From Spirochaetota bacterium (GTDB lineage Bacteria > Spirochaetota > UBA4802 > UBA5550): a DNA stretch of 64,000 nt. The DNA lies in assembly GCA_041749375.1 (NCBI GenBank), contig JBGTBN010000050.1, positions 6,789 through 70,788 on the forward strand. The letters are read 5' to 3'. The notes beneath the pieces are model-generated. The model worked only from the letters and a program-made list of their open reading frames with translations. It ran no database searches and was not told the origin of the DNA. Shown piece after piece: positions 54,117 through 63,628 of the stretch; positions within the stretch are counted from its first letter, which is position 1; each line of letters opens with the position of its first letter. The position numbers and the translations under genes were made by a program.

Positions 54117-55838
54117 TTATCCAAGTCGCAAGATCAGGTAGAACAGAATAAGAAAAATGAAGTTGATGTCGACCAGTAGTTCGTATTTAAGGGCTATCAG
54201 GTAGTTCAGCCTGTTGATGAACGACATGAGCGCCATAAAATAAACGATGTTCAGGACCGGGAGCAGGAAGAGCGGGGACACGGTCATGATTGTAATCACG
54301 GCGAAGACGAGGATACCGAGTCCGCCGGCTGCGTTGGATATGATCCTGGTGTTCACCGTTCCGATCCATATCGGCAGTGTCTCCCGGCCGAGAATCAGGT
54401 CGCCCTGGTATGCGACAAGGTCAAGAAGGGCTGTGCGTAGAAAGATGAGACCGAATACCAGGGAGGAAAGCGCGGCAAGGCCGGTACTGCCGGGCAGATG
54501 GCTGACCAGGGGGAGAAGCACCGTCACGATGATCCACCCGAAGCTGGTTACGATTTTTGAATTGTAAAGCTTCCTGGCGATCCCGGAATTCAGTTTCCTG
54601 ATTACCAGCTTGACCGGTGCAGTAGAATACAGGAACCCCATGAGGTACGATCCGGCTATCACGCCGGTAGCGGCAGGTCCGTAGCGCAGCGTGATGAGCA
54701 TCGAGGCAGCCATCGACAGTATCGACGCGACGAGAAGAGGCACGCCGAACCGCCGGTAGATCCTGTACTTGTAGGGGTTGCTGAGCCTGAGGAACTTCTT
54801 TTCGAAGTAGTTGTTTATGGAATACATGGAGAATATGTAGAGCAGAGAGACAGTCGCAAGGGCGTGGTCGTCCGGCAAGCCGCAGTAGAGCATGGTAAAG
54901 AGCGTTACAAAGTAGGCGGCGACCGCAGACAGGATGTTCGTCCTGACGATGAATTCCAGCAGGAACAGGGAGGCCCTGACGAAGATATTGCTCTTCATGT
55001 ACTTGATGGTGTAGATTTTTTCCAGGATATTGTTGATGATCCATCCCGGCGTCGAGGTGCCGGCGGTAACCAGGACGTTGCTGGAATCGGCGAAGTCCTC
55101 TTCACGGAGTTCGTCCTCCGTCTCGACGTGGTACGTCGCGATGTCGCTGTCCCTGCCGATCTGGGCAAGCCGCCTGGTGTTGGCCGAGTTCTTGCCGCCT
55201 ACGACGACCAGCGTATCGGTACCGGCATCGATCCCGACGACGACGTCCTCCTGGCGAAGGCGCGTCGAATCGCAGATGGTGTCGAAAACGGTCACATTGT
55301 TCAGGGAAGCCTGGACGCGGCTTACGATTCGTTTGTAGAGCTCGCGGTCGAAGGTCGTCTGTGAAACCAGGATATAGCTGTCAGCCGGCGGTATGGAATC
55401 TGTTTCCGGCAGGTCCGGGATGACCGATACGCCGCTTGCGGCGTAGCTCATGAGCCCGATGACCTCGGCATGGTCCCTGTCGCCGGTGATAATGGTGTGG
55501 CTGCCGCCGGCGGAATGCTTTTTAATGACGGATTGGACGCGGGCTACCCGTGGACAGGTAAGGTTGATGACGTGCGAGGCGCACCGCTTCACCATGCGCA
55601 GCTCGTCAACCGGTATACCGTGCGTGCGGATGGCGATGCGCCTGTTTGATATATCGTCAAGGGACTCGATCGTGCTAAGCCCCCTCCCGTGAAGGACGTC
55701 TATGGTCTGGGGATTGTGGATCAGCGGCCCGTACACGTACAGGTCTTCGTCCGATGAATTGATCTCGTGGATGATGCGCAGTACGGCGTTCCTGACCCCC
55801 ATGCAAAATCCGGAATGTCTGGCAAGGGTGATCTTCAT
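54117..55838 (-). CDS. ispH: Fusion protein: 4-hydroxy-3-methylbut-2-enyl diphosphate reductase (IspH/LytB) plus a C-terminal polytopic UbiA-like membrane domain
   Basis: The N-terminal ~280 aa has the three IspH cluster Cys contexts (SGFCMGV, LTCPRV, DTICDST). The C-terminal ~290 aa has about 8 hydrophobic helices and a GDLILGRETLPIWIG segment reminiscent of the second UbiA motif. Confidence 0.85.
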   Translation of the reverse strand: MKITLARHSGFCMGVRNAVLRIIHEINSSDEDLYVYGPLIHNPQTIDVLHGRGLSTIESLDDISNRRIAIRTHGIPVDELRMVKRCASHVINLTCPRVARVQSVIKKHSAGGSHTIITGDRDHAEVIGLMSYAASGVSVIPDLPETDSIPPADSYILVSQTTFDRELYKRIVSRVQASLNNVTVFDTICDSTRLRQEDVVVGIDAGTDTLVVVGGKNSANTRRLAQIGRDSDIATYHVETEDELREEDFADSSNVLVTAGTSTPGWIINNILEKIYTIKYMKSNIFVRASLFLLEFIVRTNILSAVAAYFVTLFTMLYCGLPDDHALATVSLLYIFSMYSINNYFEKKFLRLSNPYKYRIYRRFGVPLLVASILSMAASMLITLRYGPAATGVIAGSYLMGFLYSTAPVKLVIRKLNSGIARKLYNSKIVTSFGWIIVTVLLPLVSHLPGSTGLAALSSLVFGLIFLRTALLDLVAYQGDLILGRETLPIWIGTVNTRIISNAAGGLGILVFAVITIMTVSPLFLLPVLNIVYFMALMSFINRLNYLIALKYELLVDINFIFLILFYLILRLG

Positions 55839-55851
55839 GGGCGGTGCCGCG

Positions 55852-56787
55852 TCATTGGACGGGAAGAATTTTGTCCATGGGGTGGTCGGAATCCGGGGCC
55901 GGAGCCGAAGAATTGCCCGGCGAAATATCTATCCGGGGAGCGACCAGGGAGCCCTTGACAGGGATGACCAGCTGGTTCCGGTCATTGATGTACTTCGAAA
56001 TGAAGTCGCGGTAATTGTCAAACAGGGGAGTGTCCGCGTTCATGGTAACCTTGATGTCGATGCGCGAGCTCCAGAAAATCTTCGACATTTCGATGGACCC
56101 AGTAATCGTGCCGTTGAGATCCTTGCCGAATATTCGTATGTTTTTCAGGATCACCTTTCTTCCCGATATTTCCGCTTCCGCCTTGACTGAGGTTATCTTG
56201 ATCGGGGGAAGGATCAGGGGCAGGCCGCCCATGGTGTCCGGAAGCGTGAACTGGCCGATGTCGAGCGAAGCGTTCTCAATGAAAATGTTGAAGTCGCCAC
56301 CCTGTGGAAGGTCATTGAATGACTTGTAATCGATGAAGATATTGCCCTGCAGGTTGAAATTGATCTTCGAGCTTTCCGACTCGTATTTAAAGCCGGTCAG
56401 GTCGACCGATCCCTTGACGTCATTCCGGAACAGGATGCGGAGAAACGAGATGTTGATGTCCGCGCTCCGTATCGAGATCTCACTCCCGCTGCGAAGCACC
56501 ATGTAGATGTTGTTAAGTACGGTCATGCGGATGAGACTGAAATCGATTTCACTGATGTAGACTGTCCGGAAAAGGGTTTTCTCGAGGTCTTTCATTTTTT
56601 TCCTGATCAGCATGTCATAGGGGAAGGTGAAAACGAGGAACACCATGGTCATGATCACGGCGGCGGCGACATAGGTTTTCGCGTACGGGAGCTTGAAGGC
56701 CTCCTTTATTTTGGGCCAGAGGGCCTTGAAATTCAGAACCCCTTTCAGGTTCGTCAGTACGATATTCTTGATGCTCGAGATATCCAT
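55852..56787 (-). CDS. gspN: Type II secretion system protein N-like (bitopic, last gene of the gsp cluster)
   Basis: It has a single N-terminal TM (YVAAAVIMTMVFLVFTF) and a large periplasmic domain. The assignment rests mainly on position after gspM. Confidence 0.55.
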   Translation of the reverse strand: MDISSIKNIVLTNLKGVLNFKALWPKIKEAFKLPYAKTYVAAAVIMTMVFLVFTFPYDMLIRKKMKDLEKTLFRTVYISEIDFSLIRMTVLNNIYMVLRSGSEISIRSADINISFLRILFRNDVKGSVDLTGFKYESESSKINFNLQGNIFIDYKSFNDLPQGGDFNIFIENASLDIGQFTLPDTMGGLPLILPPIKITSVKAEAEISGRKVILKNIRIFGKDLNGTITGSIEMSKIFWSSRIDIKVTMNADTPLFDNYRDFISKYINDRNQLVIPVKGSLVAPRIDISPGNSSAPAPDSDHPMDKILPVQ

Positions 56788-56803
56788 CGGTGCTCCGCGC
56801 CTG

Positions 56804-57319
56804 TCATTGTGATGTAATGCTGTTGAACGTCATGGTCGCATCGTAGGTGTTGCGCCCCTTGATCGTCTGGTTTATCCTCAGGTAACTGATTTGTATGAGC
56901 ATGCCTGAATTTTCCATCTTGTAGATAAAGTTCAGTATCGAATTGATGTCGAGACCTTCGAAACGAACATCCGCCGATATCTTTTTGTATTTCCCCTGGG
57001 CCACGGTCGGCCGGTCCCTGGTATAGGTCTTGTTCTTGATAATGTTGAGGCTCTGTGCGTTTTCCTCGATAAGCGACGTGATCCCGCGCGTATTGTTAAG
57101 CTGGGCGGAATACTGGGAGTTTTTCTGCTTTAGATCCTGGTACTCCTCGTACAGCTTGTCGAGCATGGTGAGGTTGGTCATGTTCTGCTCGTACTCGCGG
57201 TTTATGCTTTCGCGCAGTCCCATGATCGGCGAAATGATGAGGAAATATATGAGCAGGATCCCGAGGACGACGCCCAGAATCTGTAGAAGTCTTGTTTCCC
57301 GTTTGCTCAGTTCAATCAT
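56804..57319 (-). CDS. gspM: Type II secretion system protein M-like (PilO-like bitopic protein)
   Basis: The 171-aa protein has an N-terminal TM (LLQILGVVLGILLIYFLIISPI) followed by a coiled coil. It sits between the gspL-like and gspN-like genes. Confidence 0.6.
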   Translation of the reverse strand: MIELSKRETRLLQILGVVLGILLIYFLIISPIMGLRESINREYEQNMTNLTMLDKLYEEYQDLKQKNSQYSAQLNNTRGITSLIEENAQSLNIIKNKTYTRDRPTVAQGKYKKISADVRFEGLDINSILNFIYKMENSGMLIQISYLRINQTIKGRNTYDATMTFNSITSQ

Positions 57320-57330
57320 GGGGACGCACC

Positions 57331-58959
57331 TTACTCTTTTTTCGCCGGCGGCGTGATCTTATGCTTGATGGTCATCGAGAACCGGACCTCGTTCTGGCGC
57401 GAATACTTGATGTTCAGCGTGACGTTCTCGAACTTCTTGGTCTTGATCAGGCTTTCCTTGAAGGTATCGACTATCGCGCTGGTGCCTGCGACGCCCTCGA
57501 TCATGAGGATGCTCTCGTTGAAGACCAGGTTATTCAGGACAAAATTGCTGTCGCCGGGGAACTGCGAAAGTATGTCTTTCATGATGTCGAGGAATGACCC
57601 GCTGTTCGGCACGAGCTTGGAAACCGAGTCGAGCTCGGTTTTTTCCTTTTTGATGAGCTTCTTAGCGTCGGCGATCGGGTCGCTGCTGACGTTGCGCGTC
57701 TGGAAATAACGGCTGAACTGTTCGACGAGTATCTGGTTGTACTGCCGGTTGGAGCGCGCGGTCAGCACCGCTGATAGGATCAAATTGATTATCAGGATGA
57801 CCACCGTCAGGGCGGCGAATCCGCCCGACAGGTAGTATATCTTTTTCGATTCGCTTGCAACGTCGGGTATGAACTCGCCTTTCAGGAAATTGATGGACGA
57901 GCGGCGGCGGTTAATATAAGCGAGGACCGTGCCGAACGCGATGGGAAACTGGGTCCGTATGTTGCGCTCCTTGTAGTCGTCAAGAAAGGGAAGTGCGTCG
58001 ATCGGGACATCGAGTTGGGCCGAGAGGATGGATCCGAGACCCGTCATGGTGGAGCCGCCGCCCGAGATAAGCGCCCGGTTGTAGGTGATCTCGCCGCACT
58101 CCACCTGCATGGCCTTCCGGGTAAGCATGATCTGTTCGATCAGCCCGTCCACGCTCTCGCGGGCCGTATCATATACCTTGCGCAGCTGCTGGCGGGTGAG
58201 GCCGAGCGATTTGTAATAGTCCCGCTGTACGTTGTTATCGAGCGAAGTCAGGTCCAGGTTGAGGTTCTGGTAAAGCCGGTCCGCCTCGGACGGCTTGATT
58301 TTGAAATACGAGGCCATGGCCCCGGTGATACGGTTGATGCCGATTGCGATGGAGCGCGTGTACAATAGCGTATTGTTTTCGATGAAGTTGATTATCGTTT
58401 TGTTGTACCCGATGTCGATCTGGATGACCGACTCGCTCTCGATCTTGTTGAAATATCGATAGCACTCGAACAGGGCGTTCGCCTCCATGCCCATCTTGAG
58501 AGGCTGGATGCCGCCGGCGTTAAGGAGCTGGATGAAGTCGTGTATGACGGATTTATGGGCCGCGGCGAGGAGTATGCGGCCTTCGTTTTCCCGCTTGCTC
58601 TTCATGGACTGGAAGTCAAGAATCAGGTCTTCCAGCTTGAACGGTATGTTCTCCTCGGCCTCGTAAGGGATCGCATCCGCGATCTTCTCCACGTCGCTGA
58701 AGGGGAACGAGATGGTCCGGATGATCTCGTATTCCATGGGGAGGTTGGTGATGACGCGGTAGCCGGACAGGTCCTCCTCGGTGAGGATCTTCCGTATGGA
58801 CGCGACCATTCCGGCGTTCCGGTCTTCGGCATCGAGGTCGATGTCCTCGTAATTGAATGCCTTGAGCTGGAAGTCCCGGAACCCGGTCTTCACGGTCACG
58901 AGTTTTATGGAATGCGTCCCGACGTCAATGGCAGCGATATTCTCGAACAAGGGAACCAC
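57331..58959 (-). CDS. gspL: Type II secretion system protein L-like: PilM-type actin-fold cytoplasmic domain, TM, and periplasmic domain
   Basis: IAAIDVGTHSIKLV is an actin-like ATPase phosphate-1 motif. A central TM (LSGGFAALTVVILIINLILSAVL) is present. The gene sits between gspK and gspM. Confidence 0.7.
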   Translation of the reverse strand: MVPLFENIAAIDVGTHSIKLVTVKTGFRDFQLKAFNYEDIDLDAEDRNAGMVASIRKILTEEDLSGYRVITNLPMEYEIIRTISFPFSDVEKIADAIPYEAEENIPFKLEDLILDFQSMKSKRENEGRILLAAAHKSVIHDFIQLLNAGGIQPLKMGMEANALFECYRYFNKIESESVIQIDIGYNKTIINFIENNTLLYTRSIAIGINRITGAMASYFKIKPSEADRLYQNLNLDLTSLDNNVQRDYYKSLGLTRQQLRKVYDTARESVDGLIEQIMLTRKAMQVECGEITYNRALISGGGSTMTGLGSILSAQLDVPIDALPFLDDYKERNIRTQFPIAFGTVLAYINRRRSSINFLKGEFIPDVASESKKIYYLSGGFAALTVVILIINLILSAVLTARSNRQYNQILVEQFSRYFQTRNVSSDPIADAKKLIKKEKTELDSVSKLVPNSGSFLDIMKDILSQFPGDSNFVLNNLVFNESILMIEGVAGTSAIVDTFKESLIKTKKFENVTLNIKYSRQNEVRFSMTIKHKITPPAKKE

Positions 58960-58968
58960 CCCGCGGTA

Positions 58969-60180
58969 TTATTCTTCGCACCAGTAATATAAATTCCGCA
59001 TGTCGCGGTTATAATACGCAGTGATCTTCACCCGCGTGTTTCCGAAGTCAGCGGTCGTGAGGATCTTGAAAATATGGGATTTAACGCTGAGACGGTCCAG
59101 CACCGTCTGGTCGCCGATCATGTCCTTGATTTCATCGACCGTCTTGAATGGCTGTACCAGTCTCCTGTTAATAATCTCCGTCACAATATCAGGGGTCATT
59201 TTATCTGTCAACGCAGATAATACCCGGTATGATGCCGTGTTGATGTTGATCTTGTTGAATTCGCTCAGGTAATCGTTCCGGTCACCGTACGAGGTGAAGT
59301 AATCCGACAGCATCCTGCTCTTTTCCTTGCCGATGGCGGTCAGTTCCCTGTTCGCGGCGGCGTCCTCAGTGTTGGGCCCGGCTCCGCCGACGAGCTCGCG
59401 GATTTTATCCAGGTCCAGGTCTATGTTCCCCTTGTTGTGTTCGACCAGGTTCTGCTCGTTCTTCTCCGCCTCGGTGTTGCCGCCGCCCTTGCCGTAAAAA
59501 ATGAGGGGCGTCATGTCTTTTAACAGCAACAGCTCGTCGATGCTGTCCATCGCGTTGTTCTTGGCGTTATAGGGCGGCGTCTGCGACTGGTAGAAGTCCC
59601 CTCCCTCCGAGCCGTAGGGCATGCGGGAGTCGTCCACGTCGACCCAGTCGTGAATGGCGTCGGCAAAATCGATGGGAAGACCCATGTTCATGAAAAAATT
59701 CTGTGTGAAGAAATAGAGCTTTGTCCTGTCGGTAAACTCGTTGGCCAGGATGCTCAGGTTGATCTTCGCGTTCTCGTCGGAGATCTGTATCTTGAGCGTG
59801 CCGTCGTCTATCGGGATGGCGGGAAAGTTGATGGCCCACAGGTCGTTGTAGGAGTCGATCTCCTTGTCCGTCGGCTTCCCGGTAAGCATCTCGGTCGTTA
59901 CGCCCTTGAGGTCTGCATACAGGATGAACTGGGCGAGCTGTATGCCCGATTTTGCCAGGTAGCTCGCCTTGAGCTGGTTCTTCAGCTTCTGCCCGTACCC
60001 GATATTGACGTGCGCGACGGCGATGAACTCGCCCGCTACCGACACGAGCAGGGTAGTGAGAATGAGGACGATTATGAGGACATACCCGGACGGGGAACGC
60101 AGGTAGGACAGTATACCGCGTTCGGCAAGGACGCGGGCGCGCTCCCGGTAGTTGCTCCTGAACCGGTTCGGTATGCCCAT
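58969..60180 (-). CDS. gspK: Type II secretion minor pseudopilin K
   Basis: The hydrophobic N-terminus lacks Glu+5 (GYVLIIVLILTTLLVS). An HhH-like ININTASYRVLSAL is typical of GspK. ATG 60180 lies 1 nt after the gspJ stop. Confidence 0.8.
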   Translation of the reverse strand: MGIPNRFRSNYRERARVLAERGILSYLRSPSGYVLIIVLILTTLLVSVAGEFIAVAHVNIGYGQKLKNQLKASYLAKSGIQLAQFILYADLKGVTTEMLTGKPTDKEIDSYNDLWAINFPAIPIDDGTLKIQISDENAKINLSILANEFTDRTKLYFFTQNFFMNMGLPIDFADAIHDWVDVDDSRMPYGSEGGDFYQSQTPPYNAKNNAMDSIDELLLLKDMTPLIFYGKGGGNTEAEKNEQNLVEHNKGNIDLDLDKIRELVGGAGPNTEDAAANRELTAIGKEKSRMLSDYFTSYGDRNDYLSEFNKININTASYRVLSALTDKMTPDIVTEIINRRLVQPFKTVDEIKDMIGDQTVLDRLSVKSHIFKILTTADFGNTRVKITAYYNRDMRNLYYWCEE

Positions 60181-60181
60181 T

Positions 60182-60877
60182 TTACTTGAACTCCCTGATG
60201 TTGACCAGCGAGACAAATTCGAACGTTTCCTCCTTTGCCTGGTAGTTCTTCACCACCAGCGTCGTTTTTACGGCCTTGGGAAAATTGTTGTTCTGGCGCG
60301 AGTCCCAGTTGCCGTCCCAGTCGTTTCCCCGGTTGAATTCGAACTTGAGACTGACAACGTTTGGAAGGAGTATGTTCTCCGTGCCGCCCTCGAGCGGGTC
60401 ATCCTCCCAGTAGTTGAACTTTTCACGCTTTATGAGATAGGAAAGCCCCTGGGTTTTCTTGTCCGCCCTGAGAAAATAGCCGACTTCGCGCACGTCGCTT
60501 GACCGTACCGGGGTATTCGCGGTCCCGATGAAATTGTAATCGTTGTGGTTGACAGTGACGAAGTTCAGCCTGCTGTCGCTCCCGTCGGTCTCGCAGATGA
60601 AGGTAATGTTCTTGTTCGTGCGCGTGAAATAGGCGTTCGATATGTCCCGGTCTATGCTCAGGAGGGCCAGGTTGACGTTTTCGTAAAACTCGGACAGGCC
60701 GGTGGAGCGCTTGATTGTTTCAAAAATCGAGCGGTACGAGGCGTACGCCATGATCAGGATTATCGATCCGATGGCTACCGCCACCATGATCTCGATCAGG
60801 GTGAACCCAGCGTTCCGGGGCGTTGTTGCGGGCCCGGTGCCCGCGGAAGATACCGTGTAAGCGTGTTTTGCTGTCAT
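60182..60877 (-). CDS. gspJ: Type II secretion minor pseudopilin J-like
   Basis: The prepilin motif is NAG/FTLIEIMVAVAIGSIIL. Size and order fit GspJ. Confidence 0.72.
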   Translation of the reverse strand: MTAKHAYTVSSAGTGPATTPRNAGFTLIEIMVAVAIGSIILIMAYASYRSIFETIKRSTGLSEFYENVNLALLSIDRDISNAYFTRTNKNITFICETDGSDSRLNFVTVNHNDYNFIGTANTPVRSSDVREVGYFLRADKKTQGLSYLIKREKFNYWEDDPLEGGTENILLPNVVSLKFEFNRGNDWDGNWDSRQNNNFPKAVKTTLVVKNYQAKEETFEFVSLVNIREFK

Positions 60878-61254
60878 TGTGTCTGGTAGATGTACGATAT
60901 TATATATTCCCGCTCGTTTCCCCGTTCGTTCCAGGTTACGATGATGTCCGTCTTGTTCGCGCTGAACGGGCCGAGGTCTATCATCGGGTGCTCGAACCGC
61001 TTCGTGACCCTGGTGACCTTGAAGCCGTCATAGCCCTTTGCCGGTTCGTCCCTGATGTCGGTCCCGCGCATGTTTTTCAGCAAAAAGTCGTTCATGCGCG
61101 ATCTGGCAATGAACATGGCGCAGGTGTAATTCTTCATGCCTGAGATGACGTACACGCTCGAGGTGACGCCGGAGATGACGCTCAGCAGCACGATGGAGAG
61201 GATGGCGAGCGCGATCAGTATCTCGACCAGTACGAAGCCCCTATTCCGCTTCAT
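60874..61254 (-). CDS. gspI: Type II secretion minor pseudopilin I-like
   Basis: MKRNRG/FVLVEILIALAILSIVLL is the prepilin motif. The protein is 126 aa. Confidence 0.75.
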   Translation of the reverse strand: MKRNRGFVLVEILIALAILSIVLLSVISGVTSSVYVISGMKNYTCAMFIARSRMNDFLLKNMRGTDIRDEPAKGYDGFKVTRVTKRFEHPMIDLGPFSANKTDIIVTWNERGNEREYIISYIYQTQ

Positions 61255-61825
61255 AGGTTATCCATCCCTCCACGACTTTCGGCTCTTTCATGTGCTTGTC
61301 GATCCTGACGGACCACTGCTGTTCACCGTTGACCAGCACGTGGATAATGGCGTTGTCGGAGTATCCCTGCGGGTAGAAGGGAATCATCACGTAGCCGATA
61401 CTGATTTTTTCCCCGGTGGACAGGAGGACTTCCTCTATCCGGAATGCATCTGAGAAACCCTTGAACCTGAGCGCCTTGAGCTTGCTGTTGATGAATTCCC
61501 CGTCAACGATGGTAAGCACCGAGATGCCATTGCTGCGGTTGAAAATGTCGGTCTGGCCCATTGAATCCTCCGGGTCCGGACTCTGCAGGTGGATGATGAG
61601 ATAGTTTGTCCTGTTGTGGAGAAACGCGTCATCGAAGGTCCTGACTATCATACCGGTGAAAATCGCGAAGTTTTCCCGCTGAGTGCTGAAAACGCGGGTG
61701 ACTCGGGGCGCGGCGATCATGAAAAGTATGCCCACGATCGCAATGACGACCACGATCTCGACAAGCGTAAAGCCACTGTTGCCAGGCGCCTTTTTTTTAC
61801 CGGCCAATGCGTATGTTGTGCCCAT
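61241..61825 (-). CDS. gspH: Type II secretion minor pseudopilin H-like
   Basis: The prepilin motif is NSG/FTLVEIVVVIAIVGILF. The gene lies between gspG and gspI. Confidence 0.7.
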   Translation of the reverse strand: MGTTYALAGKKKAPGNSGFTLVEIVVVIAIVGILFMIAAPRVTRVFSTQRENFAIFTGMIVRTFDDAFLHNRTNYLIIHLQSPDPEDSMGQTDIFNRSNGISVLTIVDGEFINSKLKALRFKGFSDAFRIEEVLLSTGEKISIGYVMIPFYPQGYSDNAIIHVLVNGEQQWSVRIDKHMKEPKVVEGWITYEAE

Positions 61826-61834
61826 TGCACGCGC

Positions 61835-62296
61835 TTATTTCTTCGCCTCCCCTTCGTCCCAGCTTGTTATGTCGGCATTAAAGCTTTCGCCGCCTTCCTT
61901 TCCGTCCGCACCGTAGCTCCAGATGTCAAACTCGCCGTCATCATGATCGCTGGGGTAGCGGTATTGAAACTGGTTGCCCCATGGATCTTTGATGTCTTTT
62001 TCTTTCAATAATTTGTCGTCCACCAGCGCCTGGAGCCCTTCTTCGGTACTGGGATAGTTGCCGTGCGACTCCCTGTATGTTTCCAGCGACAGGGAGAATC
62101 TCGGGATCTGCATTCTGGCCGCGCTGACGTTCGCCTGTTTTCTCGCTTTGAATATTTGAGGACCAACGAGCACGCCCATGAGCAGGGCGATAATCGATAC
62201 GACAATCATGATCTCGATCAGCGTGAAGCCGTCCTCCGCGCGGAGCGCTTCGCGGACGCGTTGCATATGTTGTGCAAGTCTTTCCCGTATATTCAT
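61835..62296 (-). CDS. gspG: Type II secretion major pseudopilin
   Basis: DG/FTLIEIMIVVSIIALLMG followed by DPWGNQFQYRYPS...DIWSYGADGKEGGESFNADITSWD is the classical GspG core. AGGAG RBS precedes ATG 62296. Confidence 0.9.
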   Translation of the reverse strand: MNIRERLAQHMQRVREALRAEDGFTLIEIMIVVSIIALLMGVLVGPQIFKARKQANVSAARMQIPRFSLSLETYRESHGNYPSTEEGLQALVDDKLLKEKDIKDPWGNQFQYRYPSDHDDGEFDIWSYGADGKEGGESFNADITSWDEGEAKK

Positions 62297-62340
62297 GGCC
62301 GTCTCCTTGTGTGGGTATTTCAGTATTGATACAAGCATAA

Positions 62341-63591
62341 TTATTGCAGCAACAGGTTCATCTGCGTAATCGGGAGTATGACCGACATCACGATGAGCGC
62401 GATGACGAGTCCCATGATGATAATGATGATCGGCTCGATCAGGCTCGACAGGCTCGTGACAGTGAGGTCAAGCTCGACTTCATATACGTTCCCGATGTTC
62501 ATGAGCATGGTGTCCAGGTTGTCGCTCGCCTCTCCCGCGGATATCATCCCCAGCACCAGCTTGGGCAGGAACTCCGACTTGTTGAGCGAATTTGACACGG
62601 AAGCTCCTTCCCTGATTTTTTTGGCCGCCTCCTCGATTTTCTCTTCTATGATAACGTTTCCGACGATCTTCTTCACGATTTCGAAGGACTTTATCAGGTC
62701 GACCTTGTTGCTCAGCAGCACACCCAGGTTCTGCGTGAAGCGGAATACGATCAGCCTTTTGTACAGGTTGCTGACGAGGGGAATTTTCAGCTTGAGCTCG
62801 TCTACCTTGCGTCTGCCGGCGGGCGTCTGCTTGTAGCGGTGAAAGATATAGATCGCCGCCAGCAAGAGAGCGAGCGGTATGTACCAGAAGCTGGCCATGA
62901 AATTGCTGAGCCCGATAATCATCCGTGTCACGAAGGGAAGGGCGCGTTCCTGGTCCTCGAACATGCCCGCGATGGTCGGTATGACGCTGGTCATGAGGAA
63001 GGCGGTCACCGCCATTGCGAAGAGAAGCATGAAGGCCGGGTAATACATGGCCGATCGGATCTTGCTCGTCAGTACGTTCTGCTTTTCCTCCAGGTCCGCG
63101 AGCCGGGCTATGACATGGTCGAGCGAGCCGAGGCTCTCGCCCACGCGGACCATGCTGATGTACATGTCGGGGAAGAGCACCTTGTGCTGCGCGAGCGCGT
63201 TTGAGAAGGAGGAGCCCTGCTCGATTTTTTCCTTGATGTCCGCTATGATGTTCCTGAACTGCCTGTTGTCAATCTGCTCCACGATATCGGCTATCGCAAC
63301 GGGCAGGGGAAGTCCCGCCTTCAACAGTGTCGCGAGCTGGCGGGAAAAGAGCCCGAGCTGCTTGGTGCCGAAACGGAGACTGATGACTGCGGAGATCTTC
63401 TCGGCCATCGCCCGGAACGAGGTTTTCTGCCCCGGGGTATCCTGCGTGTTTGACACTTCCTGCCTGACGAGCTTTACAAGGTAGAGGCCCTGGCCGCGCA
63501 CCTTCTGCCGCGCGCTAACCTCCGAGGGTGCGTCGATATAGTCCGACACGGTCTTGCCGGTCCTGTCCAGCGCCTGGTATTGAAATATCAT
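62341..63591 (-). CDS. gspF: Type II secretion inner-membrane platform protein
   Basis: The 416-aa protein has a duplicated GspF/PilC domain (LATLLKAGLPLPVAIA; LGVLLSNKVDLIKSFE) and 3 TM helices. Confidence 0.93.
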   Translation of the reverse strand: MIFQYQALDRTGKTVSDYIDAPSEVSARQKVRGQGLYLVKLVRQEVSNTQDTPGQKTSFRAMAEKISAVISLRFGTKQLGLFSRQLATLLKAGLPLPVAIADIVEQIDNRQFRNIIADIKEKIEQGSSFSNALAQHKVLFPDMYISMVRVGESLGSLDHVIARLADLEEKQNVLTSKIRSAMYYPAFMLLFAMAVTAFLMTSVIPTIAGMFEDQERALPFVTRMIIGLSNFMASFWYIPLALLLAAIYIFHRYKQTPAGRRKVDELKLKIPLVSNLYKRLIVFRFTQNLGVLLSNKVDLIKSFEIVKKIVGNVIIEEKIEEAAKKIREGASVSNSLNKSEFLPKLVLGMISAGEASDNLDTMLMNIGNVYEVELDLTVTSLSSLIEPIIIIIMGLVIALIVMSVILPITQMNLLLQ

Positions 63592-63628
63592 TGCTTCCTG
63601 CTCCCGGGATCATTGCGTCCGCGCTCCA

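Noticed and set aside
53924-54124. A 66-aa minus-strand ORF (PPRPPKGGA...PPCPPKGARE)
   Set aside because: It simply reads through the two GC-hairpin repeat copies. Its Pro/Gly-rich repeats are a translation artefact of the repeat DNA.
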